Positions 20,082-30,507 of a stretch of DNA of 62,906 nt are shown piece by piece. The DNA comes from an archaeon. GTDB taxonomy: Archaea; Thermoplasmatota; Thermoplasmata; WALJ01. Below the pieces are notes generated by a model. It searched no databases. It was not told where the DNA came from and saw only the letters and a program-made list of their open reading frames with translations. A program made the translations under genes and the position numbers. Each line of letters begins with the position of its first letter. Within the stretch, counting starts at the first letter, position 1. Where the stretch lies: assembly GCA_024278375.1 (NCBI GenBank), contig JAJRTH010000093.1, positions 1 through 62,906 on the forward strand, in the 5' to 3' direction.

Positions 20082-21266
20082 TCACAGTTCTTCGAACTCC
20101 GCTCCGCATGCTATACATATCTCAGCATCGTCGTCGTTAATAGCGCCGCATACGGGACATTTCTTCTTTCCTTCCGGCACATCGCCTTCTTTCTTCTTTC
20201 TGCCCCTTCTGCCCTTCTTATCTTCAGACGGAGGGGGCTCCTCCGGTTTCTTCTCCGGCTCAGGCTCCGGTTCGGGTTCCACATGCTTCTCCGGCTCCGG
20301 TCTTCGATCCTCTTCGGCAGACACCGGCACTTCTGAACTCAGGGTTATGTTGACATTGACATTTTCCGGTTTCTCGTCCTCTTCTTCCTCCCCCTCATCC
20401 TCTATTATAACCGTCTTCTTCGTGTTCGCCCGCGGTATCACGGAGCCCTTTATAGAGACATTGGCACCGGTAGAGAGCGCTCCGTAGTACTCGACATTCT
20501 CCTCCACGGTTACTCCGTCTTCAAGAATGACGTCCCCGCCCGCGGATATACCCAGGACGTTGCAGTGTCTCCCGACCTTGACCTTTCCGTCCGCTACGAT
20601 CTCCTCGACGTTGCACTTTGCGCTCAGATGTACGTCTCCCTTTGAAATCACGTATCCTGCGACCTCGGTTCCGCTGGACAGCTTGACGGAGCCTTCGGCC
20701 TGTATAACTCCCTTTATCATTCCTTTGCTTCCAACGACTATGTCTTCTTTGGAGATTATATCGCCGTTGACCTCCACTTTCGTGCCGAGCACTATGCTCT
20801 TTTCAGATTCTATGGTGCCCTCGACCTGGGTCTCGTCCGGTATTGCGAGTTCTCCTCCTTTGACAATAAGGGCGCTCTTAACGCTCCTCTCCCTCATTAG
20901 TTTCTGGAGCTCTATATTCTCCTCTTTGAGCCGGTTTATCTCCTCCTGACAGTGGATTATCTCCCTTCTGAGCCTTGATATCTCCTCCTCCCTCTGCTTC
21001 TGTCTCTCCAGCAGGGCCTCGTCCTTTTCACCTCCTTCCCTTATCTTCTTCTGTAGAAAGGATATCCTTCTCTTTAGTTTGACTATCTCCTCGTCCTTTT
21101 CCTTTATCCTCTCCCACTTCTCCTTCAACATAACCTTCTTCTCGTTTTCGAGCCTTTTGACCTCCGTCCGGAGCCTGGCCTCGTTTTCTTTCAGTTTTTT
21201 AACAAGAGCAGCGTACTTTTTGAGCCTTCTTCTCAGATATTCTATATGCTCGGCTTCTTTCGCCAT
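20082..21266 (-). CDS. Coiled-coil + bactofilin-like beta-helix + zinc ribbon protein
   Basis: About 130-aa heptad region, repeated V.G.I...G.V.L units, PE-rich linker, CPVCG..CIACG. Confidence 0.75.
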   Translation of the reverse strand: MAKEAEHIEYLRRRLKKYAALVKKLKENEARLRTEVKRLENEKKVMLKEKWERIKEKDEEIVKLKRRISFLQKKIREGGEKDEALLERQKQREEEISRLRREIIHCQEEINRLKEENIELQKLMRERSVKSALIVKGGELAIPDETQVEGTIESEKSIVLGTKVEVNGDIISKEDIVVGSKGMIKGVIQAEGSVKLSSGTEVAGYVISKGDVHLSAKCNVEEIVADGKVKVGRHCNVLGISAGGDVILEDGVTVEENVEYYGALSTGANVSIKGSVIPRANTKKTVIIEDEGEEEEDEKPENVNVNITLSSEVPVSAEEDRRPEPEKHVEPEPEPEPEKKPEEPPPSEDKKGRRGRKKKEGDVPEGKKKCPVCGAINDDDAEICIACGAEFEEL

Positions 21267-21324
21267 TTATTCACCTCTGTATGCCCGTACATCCCCCACA
21301 CAATATATAATATTTGCCCTCCGA

Positions 21325-22158
21325 TTACAAAACACAGCAGGTTTCTCTGGTTTCCCATTCATATCCATTCTCCTCCGCCCATTTTCTTGTTCTCTGTATG
21401 GGGAGAACTATGCCCGAAAAGCCTCTTTCTATGGCATGCTTCTCAATTTCCCAGTACTCTCCGGTTCTGGGCCTCATGCAACCGATTACTCTCTCCCCCC
21501 TGAACCCTTCCGTATAATCGATTATCTTCTTTATTTCCTCGATTGCAGGCGGCGTTATGTTCTCCATGGGGGTTCCCTCCGTGGGAATGATTATGTCTAT
21601 CACCATCTTTATGGCATTGCTCTCCTTTATCGCATCTATCGCCCTGTATTCGCCGAGTATTTTCCCGTGATGCAGACCTATGGTCACATGCGGGGAGTGC
21701 GGAATTCCCTCCTTGTCCAGGATTTTCAGTGCGTTCAGGTACTCATCCGCTCTCCTCTCCAGATGGTAGACGTCCCTGAGGGTCTCGTCCGCACCCACAA
21801 CATCCAGGGAAACCGTATCCGGACGCATTGTCTTAAGGGCATCTATGGTGCTCTCTCTGAGGAGGCCGACGTGCACGTTGATTTTGAAATTCGAGTATAT
21901 CCTCACCTTCCTTATGAGGTCTGCGAAGGGCTCTATCGGAACGCTGCCATCATCCCTTGCCCCCCCGCTCAGGAGAAAACCCTCCGCACCTTCGTCGGAT
22001 ATCATACAGAGAGCATCTATGAGCTGTTCCGGGGTTTCCGCCGGAATCATTCCCTTGAGATAGTGACGGGAACAGTGAGCGCAGTTGAGAGCGCAGTAGG
22101 CACCGGTCACGGAGATGGAAGGGAACTTCCTGCCAGGGACGTGTGCTTTGAGCTTCAT
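21325..22158 (-). CDS. Radical SAM protein (COG1856-like)
   Basis: SISVTGAYCALNCAHC, LLSGG, PHVTIGL, GCMRP. Confidence 0.88.
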   Translation of the reverse strand: MKLKAHVPGRKFPSISVTGAYCALNCAHCSRHYLKGMIPAETPEQLIDALCMISDEGAEGFLLSGGARDDGSVPIEPFADLIRKVRIYSNFKINVHVGLLRESTIDALKTMRPDTVSLDVVGADETLRDVYHLERRADEYLNALKILDKEGIPHSPHVTIGLHHGKILGEYRAIDAIKESNAIKMVIDIIIPTEGTPMENITPPAIEEIKKIIDYTEGFRGERVIGCMRPRTGEYWEIEKHAIERGFSGIVLPIQRTRKWAEENGYEWETRETCCVL

Positions 22159-22230
22159 GCAGGGGAATGTGCGGAAATATTTACCTTTATCTCTCTTCCC
22201 TGCGAAAAATTTATATCCTCATAAACATAT

Positions 22231-22590
22231 ATGGCTTCCGTGAGATGCTCCTGGGTGCTTTATCTGCTAAGAAACGTGGGGATCTGGACATGCATCATTG
22301 CGGGGATTCTGGCGCTCCTCTCCTTACTGGCCGATCCGAATCACTTCATTTATGCTTTCAAGGGCTCGCTGTTCTATTTCGGCCTCTTCCTGATAGTCGC
22401 CGGGGGACTCGTGGGTGCGGGGTTCTCCGAGGCCGTATACTACAACAGCGGACTTTACAGGGTCTCGAACCTATACATGGACACAATAAACAAAGGCAGA
22501 CCGGAGAGAAGAGACCGGCAGTTCTCGTTCACCGTTTATGCGCTCCTCGTGGGATTTATACTGATATTCCTGGCGTTTGCTCTGCCTTAA
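22231..22590 (+). CDS. Hypothetical membrane protein
   Basis: Three hydrophobic segments; start uncertain. Confidence 0.65.
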   Translation: MASVRCSWVLYLLRNVGIWTCIIAGILALLSLLADPNHFIYAFKGSLFYFGLFLIVAGGLVGAGFSEAVYYNSGLYRVSNLYMDTINKGRPERRDRQFSFTVYALLVGFILIFLAFALP

Positions 22591-22645
22591 GGGTTAGTTT
22601 AAAGTCCATAGAAAATTTTATATAGTCAGATTGATATCTATTCCT

Positions 22646-23035
22646 ATGAAGCGCCGTAAAGCGCGATTTCTAAGGAAAGCTGGCTTTTACACTCTGCTGG
22701 AGGCACTTATACTGGTTGGCCTTACCCTCGTTTCGTGGGGCCTCGATACAGTAACCGTCAATGTGCTGGCTGCCGCATTCCTGTTTGCGGGAATCTACGT
22801 CCTTGTAGGTTCTCTGGCTTTTTCGGGGCTTTTCCGGAAACCATCCTCTCCCCCCGCATTCGGCATGGGAGGTGTACAGAACCCGTATCTGGTAACGAGG
22901 GTTTATTCCCGTGGTGCCGGGGTGCTGCTCGGAGAAAGAATCGTAGAAAATGAAAGTGAGCCCGCCTCTTCACTCTACGGCTATTTCATGGGAACCGTTC
23001 TGTTCCTTCTCGGGCTTATGTTGGTCATGGTGTGA
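22646..23035 (+). CDS. Hypothetical membrane protein
   Basis: Three hydrophobic segments, same topology as the upstream gene. Confidence 0.65.
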   Translation: MKRRKARFLRKAGFYTLLEALILVGLTLVSWGLDTVTVNVLAAAFLFAGIYVLVGSLAFSGLFRKPSSPPAFGMGGVQNPYLVTRVYSRGAGVLLGERIVENESEPASSLYGYFMGTVLFLLGLMLVMV

Positions 23036-23069
23036 GTGAAACCTAATATAACTCCGGTTATCAGCTCCC

Positions 23070-23699
23070 ATGCCCTCCAAGGGAGAGCTCGTCATGGAGC
23101 GCCTCATGCACCTGCATGAAGGCAGATTCGTCGGGCTTAAGCACGAAAATGTCTTCCAGCTTACCGTTGCCACAATACTTTCGGCGCAGACGACCGATGC
23201 CTCGGTGAACAGGGTAACGCCGGAGTTCTTCGGAAGGTTCCCGGATGCGAAAAGTCTGGCAGAGGCTGATGTTGAAGAAGTCAAGAAGTACATAAAGAGC
23301 ATAGGACTGTACAACACGAAGGCGAAGAACATCGTGGGGCTGGCGAGGATTCTGGTGGAGAGGTACGGTGGTAAGGTGCCAGATAACATGGAAGAACTCA
23401 CTGCGCTCCCGGGAATAGGGAGGAAGACCGCCAACATAATCCTATCAGTTGGATTCGATAAGACAGAGGGAATTGCGGTGGACACGCATGTCTTCCGCAT
23501 TGCCAGAAGGATAGGACTTTCAAACGGAAAAACTCCGTTGCAGGTGGAAAAGGACCTTCTCAGAGAGATTCCGAGAAAGTACTGGAAGTATGTCAATCAC
23601 ATACTGATAACCCACGGGAGGGCAGTATGCACGGCCAGGAATCCAAAGTGCGATGAATGCGATATAAGTGACCTGTGCGGGAGGAATGGGGTGGAATAG
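23070..23699 (+). CDS. nth: Endonuclease III
   Basis: LSAQTTD, HhH LPGIGRKTA, VDTHVFR, 4Fe-4S C-x6-C-x2-C-x5-C. Confidence 0.95.
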   Translation: MPSKGELVMERLMHLHEGRFVGLKHENVFQLTVATILSAQTTDASVNRVTPEFFGRFPDAKSLAEADVEEVKKYIKSIGLYNTKAKNIVGLARILVERYGGKVPDNMEELTALPGIGRKTANIILSVGFDKTEGIAVDTHVFRIARRIGLSNGKTPLQVEKDLLREIPRKYWKYVNHILITHGRAVCTARNPKCDECDISDLCGRNGVE

Positions 23700-23736
23700 C
23701 AGGTGTCTTTTTTATATCTGAACTCGTTGCACTCCC

Positions 23737-24120
23737 GTGCCTCAGATAGTCGTCTTCGATGCCAATGCCCTGCTCATGCCCTTCCAGTTCGGGATAAACA
23801 TAGATATGGATATCGAAAGACTTGTTGGTGAGTTTCACGGGGTCGTGCCGAGCCCGATACTGGGCGAGATAAGAAAGTGCGGCGGAAGATGGGCAAAGGT
23901 AGCGCTCTCCCTTGCGAAGAAGTACGAAATTACGAGGACTGAGAACACGGGTGATAAGGCGGTGATAGAGATTGCCGAGAAACTCAATGGAATCGTGGTA
24001 ACGAACGATGAGGAACTCCAGAGAAAGCTCAGATTGAATGGAATACCTTATATCTATCTGAGAAGCAGACACAGGCTGGAGATGTGGAACAGGGAGGAAA
24101 TTGGATACATCAGACCATAG
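23737..24120 (+). CDS. PIN domain protein (Fcf1/COG1412-like)
   Basis: VVFDANAL, GD..VVTND..L. Confidence 0.85.
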   Translation: MPQIVVFDANALLMPFQFGINIDMDIERLVGEFHGVVPSPILGEIRKCGGRWAKVALSLAKKYEITRTENTGDKAVIEIAEKLNGIVVTNDEELQRKLRLNGIPYIYLRSRHRLEMWNREEIGYIRP

Positions 24121-24215
24121 ATTCTAGGTGTTCTCGCTACCATTATATATAGATAGAACATAGGGCCATATGTGATGCTAATTGATGGTTGTCTGGGTTC
24201 TCAGGAGGAAAAACG

Positions 24216-24845
24216 TTGTCAAGCAGATTGAGTGAGATATTCAAGGACGAGAAACTCGTAAACCGGATTAAAACGAAACTGCCTTATCTCTTTCAGCTTG
24301 CGGAGCTGGAAAGCTCTAGAGCTGGAAAGATAGGAATGGAAGTGGGCTCTCTAAGAGAGAGAATCCTCATAGCGCTCCTGATATACAAGTTCGGGGAGGC
24401 CAATGTGGAGATCCGGGCGATAACGGAACCGGAAGTCGATGTCTGGCTCTTTGGGAATCCGATTTCCATAAAGACGATAACCGGTAAGAGCCTCGGAGGT
24501 GTTAAACTAATATGGACCGTAGACGCACAGAAGGCTGCTGAGTTCAGAAGATATTATGTACCTTCGTGCGATATTCTGCTTGTTCGGATAAACTGGGGAG
24601 GCCTAGGTGGGTTTTACTACATCCCTCTAGAGGCCCAGAGGAAACTTCTCGAAGAGATAGGGAGAGAACGATATATCAAACTGCCCAAACCGGGGACAAA
24701 TCCGAGGGGAGTGGAGATAAGCAAAGAAGCCCTTAATGCTCTGGTAGATGATGGGCTCTCAGACTACATAGAGATAAGATGGGAGAAAAAAGAAATCGAT
24801 TATAATGCCTATAAAAGATGGGTGGAATACTGGGGGGAGGATTGA
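24216..24845 (+). CDS. Type II restriction endonuclease, ThaI family
   Basis: KLPYLFQLAELESSRAGKIGMEVG and EVDV..ISIK (PD-D/ExK-like); AGGAGG RBS before TTG at 24216; adjacent to a methyltransferase. Confidence 0.8.
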   Translation: MSSRLSEIFKDEKLVNRIKTKLPYLFQLAELESSRAGKIGMEVGSLRERILIALLIYKFGEANVEIRAITEPEVDVWLFGNPISIKTITGKSLGGVKLIWTVDAQKAAEFRRYYVPSCDILLVRINWGGLGGFYYIPLEAQRKLLEEIGRERYIKLPKPGTNPRGVEISKEALNALVDDGLSDYIEIRWEKKEIDYNAYKRWVEYWGED

Positions 24846-25799
24846 ATGAAAAAGAATGGAAAGAGAAAAGGAACCGAAACCAGCAAATTCGGCGTTCCAG
24901 GCAGGATAAATCACGATTCCAGCAAGTTCTATTCGGGAAGGCTTTACGAGGGCCTGCCATCGGAAAAAAAGGTTGAGTACCATGAAAACGAGATTCCGGA
25001 AGAGAATCTGGACAGGATATTCTGCAAATCCAGCGAAAAAATGGAGGAATTGCCGGATGAGAGCGTGCATCTCATGGTAACTTCTCCGCCGTATAATGTT
25101 GGAAAGGAGTATGACGAGAATCTTACGCTTCAGGAATACAGGGATTTTCTGAAAAGAGTTTGGGCGGAAACATATAGGGCCCTAGTTCCTGGGGGAAGGG
25201 TTTGCATAAATGTAGCAAATCTTGGAAGGAGACCCTATATTCCTCTCAATTCTTTCATTATTCAGGATATGCTCGAACTGGGATTTCTCATGCGCGGGGA
25301 GATAATATGGGATAAAGGTTCGAGCGCCAGTCCATCCACGGCATGGGGGAGCTGGATGTCTGCCAAAAATCCGGTATTGAGGGATGTTCATGAGTACATC
25401 CTGGTGTTTTCAAAAGATACTTTCACCCGCGATAGTCTCAAATCATCCAGAAGCACCATTTCCAGGGAGGAATTTCTGGAGTTAACAAAAAGCGTATGGT
25501 CTTTTCCCGCTGTTTCGGCGAAGAAAATAGGGCATCCCGCACCCTTCCCTGTTGAGCTGCCCTACCGGTGCATACAGCTCTATACATTCAAAGAAGATGT
25601 GGTCCTCGACCCTTTCATGGGTAGCGGACAGACCGCAATAGCGGCCATAAAAACCGGAAGGCACTATATTGGTTATGAGATAAACGAGGAGTATGTGAGG
25701 AGCGCTCAAAAGAGGATCAGAGAATTTCTGATAGAGTTCAGATCGCCCAAACTAATAGATTACATAGATGGAAAAAACGATGCGAAAGAGGGGGTTTAG
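24846..25799 (+). CDS. DNA N4-cytosine/N6-adenine methyltransferase (beta class)
   Basis: TSPPY motif IV precedes DPFMGSG motif I; HPAPFP. Confidence 0.93.
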   Translation: MKKNGKRKGTETSKFGVPGRINHDSSKFYSGRLYEGLPSEKKVEYHENEIPEENLDRIFCKSSEKMEELPDESVHLMVTSPPYNVGKEYDENLTLQEYRDFLKRVWAETYRALVPGGRVCINVANLGRRPYIPLNSFIIQDMLELGFLMRGEIIWDKGSSASPSTAWGSWMSAKNPVLRDVHEYILVFSKDTFTRDSLKSSRSTISREEFLELTKSVWSFPAVSAKKIGHPAPFPVELPYRCIQLYTFKEDVVLDPFMGSGQTAIAAIKTGRHYIGYEINEEYVRSAQKRIREFLIEFRSPKLIDYIDGKNDAKEGV

Positions 25800-25852
25800 G
25801 TCCGAGGCATGTGATTTAGCATTCTTTTAAATCTCTGTGCTGTTTTGCGCCT

Positions 25853-26731
25853 GTGTCTTCCCGCTCCGCCTATCTCTATGCTCTCTCCGCCGTGTTGTTG
25901 TGGTCCACGGTAGCATCAGCGTTCAAGCTCTCGCTGAGATACATGGAGCCGCTGGCTCTGCTGTTCTATTCCTCTCTCATCAGCCTTTTAGTTCTTTTTC
26001 TGGTGCTGTTGTTTCAGGGAAGGCTCGGTTTTCTGAAAGGGCTCTCGAGATCGGACTGTCGCCACTATGCGCTCCTCGGACTCCTGAATCCCTTTGTTTA
26101 CTATCTCGTCCTTTTCAAGGCCTATGATATTCTGCCTGCTCAGGAAGCACAGCCGCTGAATTACACGTGGCAGATGGTGCTCTCTGCGCTCTCCATCTTC
26201 GTACTGAAGCAGAGGATGGGGCTGCGGAATGCTTCGGCTATAGGCATAAGCTTCCTTGGCATAGTGATGGTCTCCAGCAGAGGTTTCATGCTTCACTTCT
26301 CAGACCCCCTCGGCGTAGGCCTTGCGCTGGGGAGCGCCTTCGTCTGGGCATCGTTCTGGATACTCAACCTCAAAGATGGCAGGAATGCCGTGGAGAAACT
26401 CTTCATGTGCTTTCTCTTCGGTTCCGCCTATATCGGAGCGCTCTTCCTCCTCATGGGACCTTATGCGCCTCCTATCGAGGGTTTAATGGGTGCCGCATAT
26501 GTCGGTCTCTTCGAGATGGGTTTGACCTTCATACTCTGGCTCAGAGCCCTTGAGCTTTCGGAGAAAACCGCAGAGGTGAGCATGCTGATATATCTGGCTC
26601 CCTTCATATCTTTTGTGATAATTCACATCTTCGTCGGTGAAGAAATCCTCCTGTCCACAGTTGCGGGCACGATTCTGATCGTCTCAGGGGTCATTCTGGG
26701 CACCTGGAAGAGCAGTGCTAGAAACGGGTAG
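25853..26731 (+). CDS. DMT/EamA family transporter
   Basis: About 10 TM segments, LLWSTVASAFK, duplicated EamA pattern. Confidence 0.9.
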   Translation: MSSRSAYLYALSAVLLWSTVASAFKLSLRYMEPLALLFYSSLISLLVLFLVLLFQGRLGFLKGLSRSDCRHYALLGLLNPFVYYLVLFKAYDILPAQEAQPLNYTWQMVLSALSIFVLKQRMGLRNASAIGISFLGIVMVSSRGFMLHFSDPLGVGLALGSAFVWASFWILNLKDGRNAVEKLFMCFLFGSAYIGALFLLMGPYAPPIEGLMGAAYVGLFEMGLTFILWLRALELSEKTAEVSMLIYLAPFISFVIIHIFVGEEILLSTVAGTILIVSGVILGTWKSSARNG

Positions 26732-26735
26732 TGGG

Positions 26736-26760
26736 AGACCCCTTCATTTCGTGTGGAAAC
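26736..26760 (+). repeat. Dispersed 25-bp repeat, copy 1 (AGACCCCTTCATTTCGTGTGGAAAC)
   Basis: Exact reverse-complement copy at 37095-37119. Confidence 0.85.
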
Positions 26761-26905
26761 TTCTCGGGGTTCGCGCTATGGATTGCTCAATAAGCACGTT
26801 TTCCCTTAAAATCATGCGATATGGTGGGTTTTTTGTTTCAAGGCCCCGCTCCTCTTTTTATCCAAAAAGTCTATAAAGAATGGATGTTATGCCGGCGGGG
26901 ATACC

Positions 26906-28402
26906 GTGAAGAGCGCTACACATCGAAGCACGAAAAGCCTGATTATAAAAGGGCTCAAGGACCTCTCCGAAAACAAGGAAGCGAGGAGAAAAGTGGATGA
27001 GAGTTATTTCAAGGAGCTGAAAGGCAAGGAACACTGGATGCTTTACCTGCTGATGTATGCCATTGACAATATGGAGAATGAGCTCTTCAGTGCCATTGAG
27101 GGACTTTCCAACGAGCAGAAGAGGTTCGAAGCCCAGACGTTCAAGGCCATAAAGGAGGAGAGAGAGGCACTTATAAAGGTTAGGAAATCCATAGAGAACA
27201 ACCTCAGAACATTCGAGGAGAAGATGGCGGAACTACTGGACAGACGCATGGCGGAGCAGAAAGAGGAGATTGCCAAGGAGTTAGAGAACCTCCTGGAAGG
27301 CACGCTGAACAAATCGCTCAGGGAAATCGACGAATCGATTTCCGATCTGTCCACAACAATCCAGAACATGTCCTCGGGATTTTCCGACACCTACAAACTG
27401 GTATCACACAATCAGAGCATGATTGCCAAGATCGGTAAAAAACTCGAGGAGATAAGCGAGGACATCTCCGCTCTCGACGAGAGGATCGGTATCGAAATAT
27501 CGAGAATACCGGGTGCGGAGGGCGCTGCAAAGGCCATGAAGGAGCTTGAAAGGAGCATCGAATCCATGAAGGCCATATCCGGAGATGTGGAAAAGATAAA
27601 AGCCGCTCTGGAAGGGCTTGAGGGGCTTGACAAAATATCACGGTTCTCGGATGTGGTGGAGGGGCTTGAAAAAGAGGTCGAAGAGGTCAAGAACGGGCTG
27701 GATTCCCTCAATTCCGTGATGTCCGAGAAAATCGCTGAGGCCATGAGGAGCGCGGGTGCATCGGCGGAACTCTAGAGAAGAATCAAGGAGTTGGGTGACA
27801 AGGTAGATTCCATAAACATAGACCGTATCTCCGAATCGTTGAAGGGGCTCGAAGGCCTCGATCAGATAGCCTCCCAGGTCGAGGATGTCAGGAAAAGGCT
27901 GGGATCTTTTGAGGAGCTGGGGGATTTCTACGGCGAAATAGACGATTTGAGAAAGAAACTGGAAAGCATAAAGACCATAGAGGACGAAGTTAAAAGAGAC
28001 ATGGACGTTCTGAGGAGGGTTGTCGGGGAATTCGAGGAGGTGGCCTCTCTGACCGAGATGCTGGGAGAGATGTCTTCCAGAGTCAAGAAAGTGGAAGAGT
28101 TCGGTGAAAAACTGAGTTCCATCGATATCCAAGGCCTTAAAGACAAAATCGAATCCGCCGGTATTGCTTCGTTCGACCCCGCTCTGATTGAGAAACTCGA
28201 TTCCATAGGCGCTCTAGCTGAAGAAATCGAGACCCTTAAACCGATAAAGAAAGAGGTTGCTTCCCTCCAGGAGAAGGTTATGGAGATAGAGAAAAAGGTG
28301 GATATGATACTGAAATCCACGAACAAACATCTTGATGTAGTGGAAAAGAACCTCAAAGCGGAGATTGCGAAGTTAAGGGGAGAGGGTGGTGGAAGTGGAT
28401 AG
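26906..28402 (+). CDS. Long coiled-coil protein, interrupted by in-frame TAG at 27773-27775
   Basis: ORFs 26906-27775 and 27791-28402 are in the same frame (SAEL*RRIKELGDK); heptad pattern and an LEGLD repeat on both sides. Confidence 0.7.
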
Positions 28403-28425
28403 AGGGGTTTATAGGGGATTCTAGG

Positions 28426-29088
28426 ATGGTTAGATGTGAGAATTGTGGGGAGATAATTTCAATACATAATGATGTCTGCCCTTACTGTGGAGCGCTGCAG
28501 AGACGAGGCAAAAAGATTGGTGAGAAAACATCTGGCATAGCTATATTCAAGGCGCTGATTGTTGGTCTTTCATTAATGTTTCTTGGTATGGTTTTAGGCT
28601 TATTCACCTTTGGTCTTTTAGGAATGGGCATAGGTACTCTTTCCGGTTTATCTCTAGGGCTATGCCTCGGTACAAAAATGTATTTACCCAATCAATCAAA
28701 AACCCCCACAAAAACACCAATAACCTCTGTTCTTATTCTTCTTATAGTCTTCTTCGTTACTTTCATTTTAATATTTTTGGTCTTCTCTATGACTCCGTAT
28801 CAACCGCCTAAAAAAAGAAACATTTTGTAGAAGTCTATGTTTATTATGATGATAATTGGGAGGGCGTACTTGGGTGGGGGGAGAGTACAAGCTCTGAAAG
28901 TGGATATGGAAATGCAAAATTTTGGGGAAACTTATCTGATGGGGATTTTGTTTATATCTCCACCCAGAAATGGGATGAGAGCAATAAGGAAATAAGAGTA
29001 GAGAGAGATATATGTTGATGGAGTTCTTAAGAGAATTGCTTCTACAGAATCCCCTTATGGAATAGCCTCAACATATATGACTATTTAG
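28426..29088 (+). pseudogene. Zinc-ribbon membrane protein with exported domain, two frameshifts
   Basis: CENCG..CPYCG plus TM helices. Coding-like sequence continues in the -1 frame after the A7 run (28810-28816; HFVEVYVYYDDNWEG..QKWDES) and returns to the original frame at the GA repeat near 29001-29008 (IYVDGVLKRIASTESPYG). Confidence 0.65.
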
Positions 29089-29102
29089 TGCTCTTTTTTA
29101 CT

Positions 29103-30098
29103 TTACAGCCTCACTCTTTTTATCTTCAGATATCTCGGTTTTTCTGAGGCCTCCGCCAGCAGAAAGTTCTTCTTCACCCCATGGGCTAGCCTAACCCCTC
29201 TGCTTATCTCGGGCCATGTGCCGACATAGTTCTCAGGGACTGCGTGGACAAGATATGGGGCGTGGTGTTCTATGTCTCTCACATAAACCCTGAAATGCGT
29301 GCCGTATTTGAAACCGGTTTTCACGATCAGCCCTCTGTCCCTGAGATCGGAGTATATTCTGATTTTCCGTTCAAACTCAGGGTCACTCACACACATTTCC
29401 TTTATTATACCCTCCGCAGATCTGGTTTTTCCCCCCACATCCTTTATTTCAGTGATGCCTTTCCTCTCCAAATATACACATTCTATGGCGGAAAGATGCA
29501 GATTCTTTTCTATTATTTTCCCGTAGAACCCTTTTTTATGGATGCCTCCGAAATCCTCCGCGAACCCCATCTCGCCCAGAAACATCACGTATACGTTCTC
29601 CTCGGACCGCAGTTTCAGGGGCCCCCAGGGATCCTCTCTTTCAATTGAGTAGTAAGTTAGGTCCCCATCGCCGTCAACGACCGCGAATATTCTTTTACCA
29701 TCTCCCACCTTCTCGAATATATCGTCGAATGAAAAAGTCACCCTCTCATAAACAGGCACTATAAGATATTCGTTCTCCTCTACCCCCCGTACTGCCTTTA
29801 TGTGCCCGTTCTCTCTCACCATGAATCCTCTCTTCCTTAAATCGCGATATACCAGGTACCTAACCTCAAAATCATGGGTTCTCTCAACAGCGTATCTGAG
29901 AAACTCGCTGAGAGTTAAATTCTCGACAGTTAGTTTTCCCTCATTCATGAGATAAAATGCTTCCACGAACGTGAGAGAGAGAGCGCCGCCTTTTATGAAC
30001 TCTCCGGTCTGGCCTTTGCTGTGAATCTTTCCCGCCTCTACAACATCTCTGACAATAACCCTCCCATCACTAATGATGCCTGTGAAGGACTCCCTCAA
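29103..30098 (-). CDS. endA: tRNA-splicing endonuclease (two-repeat, alpha2 type)
   Basis: VYRDLRKRG, KTGFKYGTHFRVY, RLAHGVKK. Confidence 0.93.
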   Translation of the reverse strand: MRESFTGIISDGRVIVRDVVEAGKIHSKGQTGEFIKGGALSLTFVEAFYLMNEGKLTVENLTLSEFLRYAVERTHDFEVRYLVYRDLRKRGFMVRENGHIKAVRGVEENEYLIVPVYERVTFSFDDIFEKVGDGKRIFAVVDGDGDLTYYSIEREDPWGPLKLRSEENVYVMFLGEMGFAEDFGGIHKKGFYGKIIEKNLHLSAIECVYLERKGITEIKDVGGKTRSAEGIIKEMCVSDPEFERKIRIYSDLRDRGLIVKTGFKYGTHFRVYVRDIEHHAPYLVHAVPENYVGTWPEISRGVRLAHGVKKNFLLAEASEKPRYLKIKRVRL

Positions 30099-30119
30099 AA
30101 TCCCACCTTAATAGGACTC

Positions 30120-30395
30120 TCAGGTGCTCTCCATAAGTTTTTCGCCACCTTTCTTCACAGAGACCCTCTTCGGGAAATATCGCAGTATGATGATATCACC
30201 TATGGCCTGAACCCATCTGTAGGGGACGTTCACGGACATAGAGTCCTCTACGAGAAGGGGGTTCGTATCGCCTATAAACAGGCCGTAGACCTTCTGGGTA
30301 TCAAGGTCCAGGACAACGTTGTCGACATTGCCCAGAAAGATTCCGTCTGAGGTGTATACCTGAAGTCCTATGAGTTCCGATATCTCTTCGAGCAT
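30120..30395 (-). CDS. PRC-barrel domain protein (CdpB-like)
   Basis: LIGLQVYT.DG.FLG.V..VVLD and VPYRWVQAIGDIIIL; start MLEEI. Confidence 0.85.
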   Translation of the reverse strand: MLEEISELIGLQVYTSDGIFLGNVDNVVLDLDTQKVYGLFIGDTNPLLVEDSMSVNVPYRWVQAIGDIIILRYFPKRVSVKKGGEKLMEST

Positions 30396-30507
30396 GATTT
30401 TTTCCTCCTTGGAGTTTTCACCGTTATTACATATCTCGTCTATATACTTTTTGTCTCTCACGAGCGGCGGGGCGGAGAATGCCCCACTCTCCAGAGTAGA
30501 TGCAGGG

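Noticed and set aside
28808..28820. Programmed -1 ribosomal frameshift
   Set aside because: The A-run is not phased as X XXY YYZ in the zero frame, and a second, opposite shift would still be needed.
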